19,537 nucleotides of DNA. It comes from a bacterium. Lineage in GTDB: Bacteria; Arandabacterota; Arandabacteria; Arandabacterales; JALGWA01. The notes below the pieces were generated by a model. That model saw only the letters and a program-made list of their open reading frames with translations, was not told where the DNA came from and searched no databases. The translations under genes were made by a program, and so were the position numbers. Position 1 is the stretch's first letter; the number at the start of each line of letters is the position of its first letter. The stretch lies in assembly GCA_050125095.1 (NCBI GenBank), contig JASFEA010000050.1, positions 1-19,537 of the forward strand, read 5' to 3'. Below are positions 16,914-19,537 of this stretch, piece after piece.

Positions 16914-18436
16914 CGCAGGCCGTATTGCTTCATTCTTCTATAGAGGGTCCGCTCGCCGATACCCAGCGCGCGAGCGGCCTTCTTGCGATTGCCGCCGACC
17001 TGCTTGAGGGTCTGCTCTATCAGCTTTCGTTCCACTTCGCGCAGCTTGGTGCCCGGCTTGACCTTGACGTCTGCGGGCTCCTCCACGACCTCGGCCCAGG
17101 TGGCCTCGCCCGGTACGGCTGACGCCTCCTCCGGGAATCCCGCCGCCGCGCGTCCGTCTCTCATGGCGAGCACTATCTCGGTGAGCGCCCCGATCTGCTT
17201 CTCTATAAGGGCCAGCCGCCCGAACAGGAGGTCGCGCTCGATCTCCTCCCGCGGCCTGCCCACCCTGATGGGGAGGTCGCGGCGGCCCTCCTCGGCCTCG
17301 ACGATATGGTCCGGAAGATCCTCAAGACCCGCGCGCCTGCCGCGCGATAAGACGAGGAGGTTCTCCACGAGGTTCTTGAGCTCGCGCACGTTCCCGGGCC
17401 AGTTGTATGTCTCGAGGGCGTGAAGCGCCTCCTCGGTGACGCCGCCGAACGCGATATTGTTGGCCTGCGCCGCCTCCTCGGCCAGGCCGAAGAAAATTGT
17501 CCTGATGTCCTCCCGGCGCTCCCTCAGGGCGGGAACATGGATGGGGACCACGTTCAGCCTGTAATAGAGGTCCCGCCTGAAATCCCCCCGGTCCACGAGG
17601 TCCTTGAGGTCTCTGTTAGTGGCGGCGATGACCCGTACGTCGACGGTTACGTTTTTGGAGCCGCCTACGCGCATGAACTTCTCTTCCTCAAGCACCCGGA
17701 GAAGCTTGACCTGGGTGCCCAGGGGCATCTCGCCCACCTCATCGAGAAGCAGGGTGCCGCCGTCGGCGACTTCGAACCTGCCCGCTCGCTGGGAAGTGGC
17801 CCCCGTGAAAGAGCCTTTCTCATGGCCGAAGAGCTCGCTCTCGAGCACCCCCTGCGGCAGGGCGGCGCAGTTGACGGCCACGAACGGGCCCGAGGCGCGG
17901 TCGCTCCTCCGGTGTACGGCCCGGGCTATGAGTTCCTTGCCGGTTCCGCTCTCGCCCGTCACTAGCACCGTGACCTTGGTGGGCGCGATTTCCTCGATGA
18001 TATCGACTATCTGCAGTATCTTCTCACTGCGCCCCAGTATGCCGCTCTGCTTGCGGGCGATAAGCCTGTGGATGCTGGCGTCGACCATGGTGTTGTCGCT
18101 ATAGACCTCAATATAGTCGTCCGCTCCTTCGCCTATAAGCGATTTTCTGGCCTCCGCAGACATCTGGGGGCCTACCAGGGCGGCAAGTAGCAATGGATGG
18201 CGCTTTTTGAGCCTCTGAACGGCCTTTATGCCCGTACCTCCGGGCAAATCCCGGTGCACGAAGGCGAAATCGGGCGGCGTCCTGCGGATGTTCCGGAGGG
18301 CGGCCGCTGTATCCGCTACCGTATCATATTTAACTTTATTCTGATCAAGAGCTTCCGCTACCTCTGCCATCCTGTCTGTATGTTTGCATACCAGAATGGC
18401 AGTGTATTGGGCCTTGTCATCATGGAGTCTATTCAT
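16910..18436 (-). CDS. Sigma-54-dependent (NtrC/Fis-family) transcriptional activator with degenerate receiver domain (508 aa)
   Basis: Walker A GESGTGKE, ESELFGHEKGSFTGA, Walker B LLLDEVGE, FRRDLYYRLNV, WPGNVREL, and a C-terminal Fis HTH (GGNRKKAARALGIGERTLYR). ATG 18436 follows GGAAGGTG and lies downstream of the predicted promoter. Confidence 0.92.
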   Translation of the reverse strand: MNRLHDDKAQYTAILVCKHTDRMAEVAEALDQNKVKYDTVADTAAALRNIRRTPPDFAFVHRDLPGGTGIKAVQRLKKRHPLLLAALVGPQMSAEARKSLIGEGADDYIEVYSDNTMVDASIHRLIARKQSGILGRSEKILQIVDIIEEIAPTKVTVLVTGESGTGKELIARAVHRRSDRASGPFVAVNCAALPQGVLESELFGHEKGSFTGATSQRAGRFEVADGGTLLLDEVGEMPLGTQVKLLRVLEEEKFMRVGGSKNVTVDVRVIAATNRDLKDLVDRGDFRRDLYYRLNVVPIHVPALRERREDIRTIFFGLAEEAAQANNIAFGGVTEEALHALETYNWPGNVRELKNLVENLLVLSRGRRAGLEDLPDHIVEAEEGRRDLPIRVGRPREEIERDLLFGRLALIEKQIGALTEIVLAMRDGRAAAGFPEEASAVPGEATWAEVVEEPADVKVKPGTKLREVERKLIEQTLKQVGGNRKKAARALGIGERTLYRRMKQYGLR

Positions 18437-18453
18437 CTCAATCACCTTCCCAC

Positions 18454-18482
18454 AATTTAACATACGGCGTAAAAACCGTCAA
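18454..18482 (-). promoter_or_regulatory. Sigma70-type promoter for the sigma-54 activator
   Basis: On the minus strand: TTGACG (18482-18477), 17-nt spacer, TAAATT (18459-18454) with extended -10 TG. Confidence 0.65.
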
Positions 18483-18500
18483 TAATTAGTGGATTTTCAC

Positions 18501-18528
18501 TTGACAAGCGGGCCGGGTATGTTACATT
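18501..18528 (+). promoter_or_regulatory. Sigma70-type promoter for rpsU
   Basis: TTGACA (18501-18506), 16-nt spacer, TACATT (18523-18528) with extended -10 TG. Confidence 0.65.
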
Positions 18529-18579
18529 CAGCAAAGAAGTTATGGGGCAATAGTATATTCCGGAAGGTTGTGATGCTGA

Positions 18580-18771
18580 ATGCCGGCGGTGGTAGTACGT
18601 GATGGAGAATCGATTGATAGAGCAATCAGGCGATTCAAGAGGGAATGCGAAAAGGAGGGATTGGTAAAGCAGATCAGGCGGACCTCAAGGTTCGTTAAAC
18701 CTAGTGAAAAAAAGCGAAAGAAGGCTCTGAAAGCTGAAAAGAGGAGAAGGAGCAGCGAGGCGAGGCGGTAG
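18580..18771 (+). CDS. rpsU: 30S ribosomal protein S21
   Basis: MPAVVVRDGESIDRAIRRFKRECEKEGL...FVKPSEKKRKK is the typical bS21 pattern; 63 aa. Confidence 0.95.
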   Translation: MPAVVVRDGESIDRAIRRFKRECEKEGLVKQIRRTSRFVKPSEKKRKKALKAEKRRRSSEARR

Positions 18772-18858
18772 AGCTTTTCGGGCCCTTACGGTTCTAGGCC
18801 ATCATGCCCGAGGCATGGCGGCATTAGCGTCGGAAAGGAACTAGCGGAAGGAGCTCTA

Positions 18859-19038
18859 TTGGATCACAAGGATGACCGCTTCCTTATCAAGGATGAACCC
18901 AGCGCAACGTATGAGATGCTCCTGAAGAGGGCTGAGAAAGAAGGCAGGTTGGGCGGCAAACACCGCTGCCCGGTTTGCGGCATGCGCTTTAAGAGCGAGC
19001 GCGAAGCCAGCGCCTGCTGCAGGGGCATAGCAAGATAA
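18859..19038 (+). CDS. Small 59-aa protein with CxxC...CC putative zinc-binding motif (absent from the ORF track)
   Basis: Strong RBS GGAAGGAG 5 nt before TTG. It translates as MDHKDDRFLIKDEPSATYEMLLKRAEKEGRLGGKHRCPVCGMRFKSEREASACCRGIAR* and fills the rpsU-rpmI gap on the same strand. Confidence 0.75.
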   Translation: MDHKDDRFLIKDEPSATYEMLLKRAEKEGRLGGKHRCPVCGMRFKSEREASACCRGIAR

Positions 19039-19055
19039 CATAGGGGTTTAATCTG

Positions 19056-19250
19056 ATGCCAAAGGCCAAGACGAGCAGATCGGCGGCCAAGAGATTCAAG
19101 AAGACGGGAACGGGGAAGATTTCGCGCAAGAAGGCTTACTCGAGCCACAAGTTCACGGCCAAGACGAGGAAACAGAAGCGGAATCTGAGGAAGACGGAGA
19201 CCCTCAAGGGTGGCGACGCCAAGCGTATTAAGAGGATACTGCCCGGCTAG
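19056..19250 (+). CDS. rpmI: 50S ribosomal protein L35
   Basis: [22 protein letters not shown]...[16 protein letters not shown]...IKRILP is the typical bL35 pattern; 64 aa. Confidence 0.96.
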   Translation: MPKAKTSRSAAKRFKKTGTGKISRKKAYSSHKFTAKTRKQKRNLRKTETLKGGDAKRIKRILPG

Positions 19251-19265
19251 GCCTCAGGTTTCAAG

Positions 19266-19497
19266 TCACTGAGCGCACTCAGGCGCCAGACCCCGGACCT
19301 GACCCGTGCGCCCCCACCGATTCGGCCGGGGCGTCGAGATTATAGCCGCCTTCCAGCACAGAGACCACCCTTCCGGATGCTGAGCGCGCGGCCGAGATGA
19401 AATCATAGTTGCGCCTGACCCTCTCCCTGTTCTCGGGATGCGCGCCCGTCTCATGCCTCAGCAACACACCGTCGTACACCAGGCCTACGTCACCCAT
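19266..19497 (-). pseudogene. Internally deleted histone deacetylase-family (HDAC/acetylpolyamine amidohydrolase-like) remnant
   Basis: The 72-aa ORF joins the family's N-terminal motif (VGLVYD...HETGAHPENRERV) directly to its C-terminal motif (GRVVSVLEGGYNLDA...SVGAH). The catalytic core is absent. Confidence 0.7.
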
Positions 19498-19537
19498 ATT
19501 CGCACCTTATCCGCCTTATGCGGCCGCAGCTCCCGCC
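19490..19537 (-). CDS. Possible 3' end of an upstream gene entering from outside the window
   Basis: The minus frame from the window edge reads GGSCGRIRRIRCEYG* and its stop overlaps the HDAC-remnant start (ATGGGTGA). It is too short to identify. Confidence 0.25.
   Translation of the reverse strand, partial: GGSCGRIRRIRCEYG

Overview
A GC-rich bacterial window. The secretion-tail proteins and lipoprotein style suggest a diderm of the FCB group, which is an inference. The left half (1-10361) is an uncharacterised cell-envelope cluster, all on the + strand. It contains the 3' end of a FlgD-Ig/T9SS-type-tail protein, three paralogous ~715-720 aa lipoproteins (repeated Ig-like modules, a conserved ADSCC motif and a C-terminal alpha/beta domain), a fourth more distant lipoprotein made only of Ig-like modules, and a secreted protein with a T9SS-like tail. 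Next come a hairpin-rich 287-nt intergenic region, a DUF4438-like + HD-domain gene pair, a secreted S8 subtilase with a T9SS-like tail, ppdK, and a convergent sigma-54 activator with a degenerate receiver domain. The right end holds a divergent rpsU - unannotated 59-aa CxxC...CC protein - rpmI unit, in which rpmI lacks its usual infC/rplT neighbours, and an internally deleted histone-deacetylase-family remnant. No rRNA, tRNA, CRISPR array or mobile element was seen.
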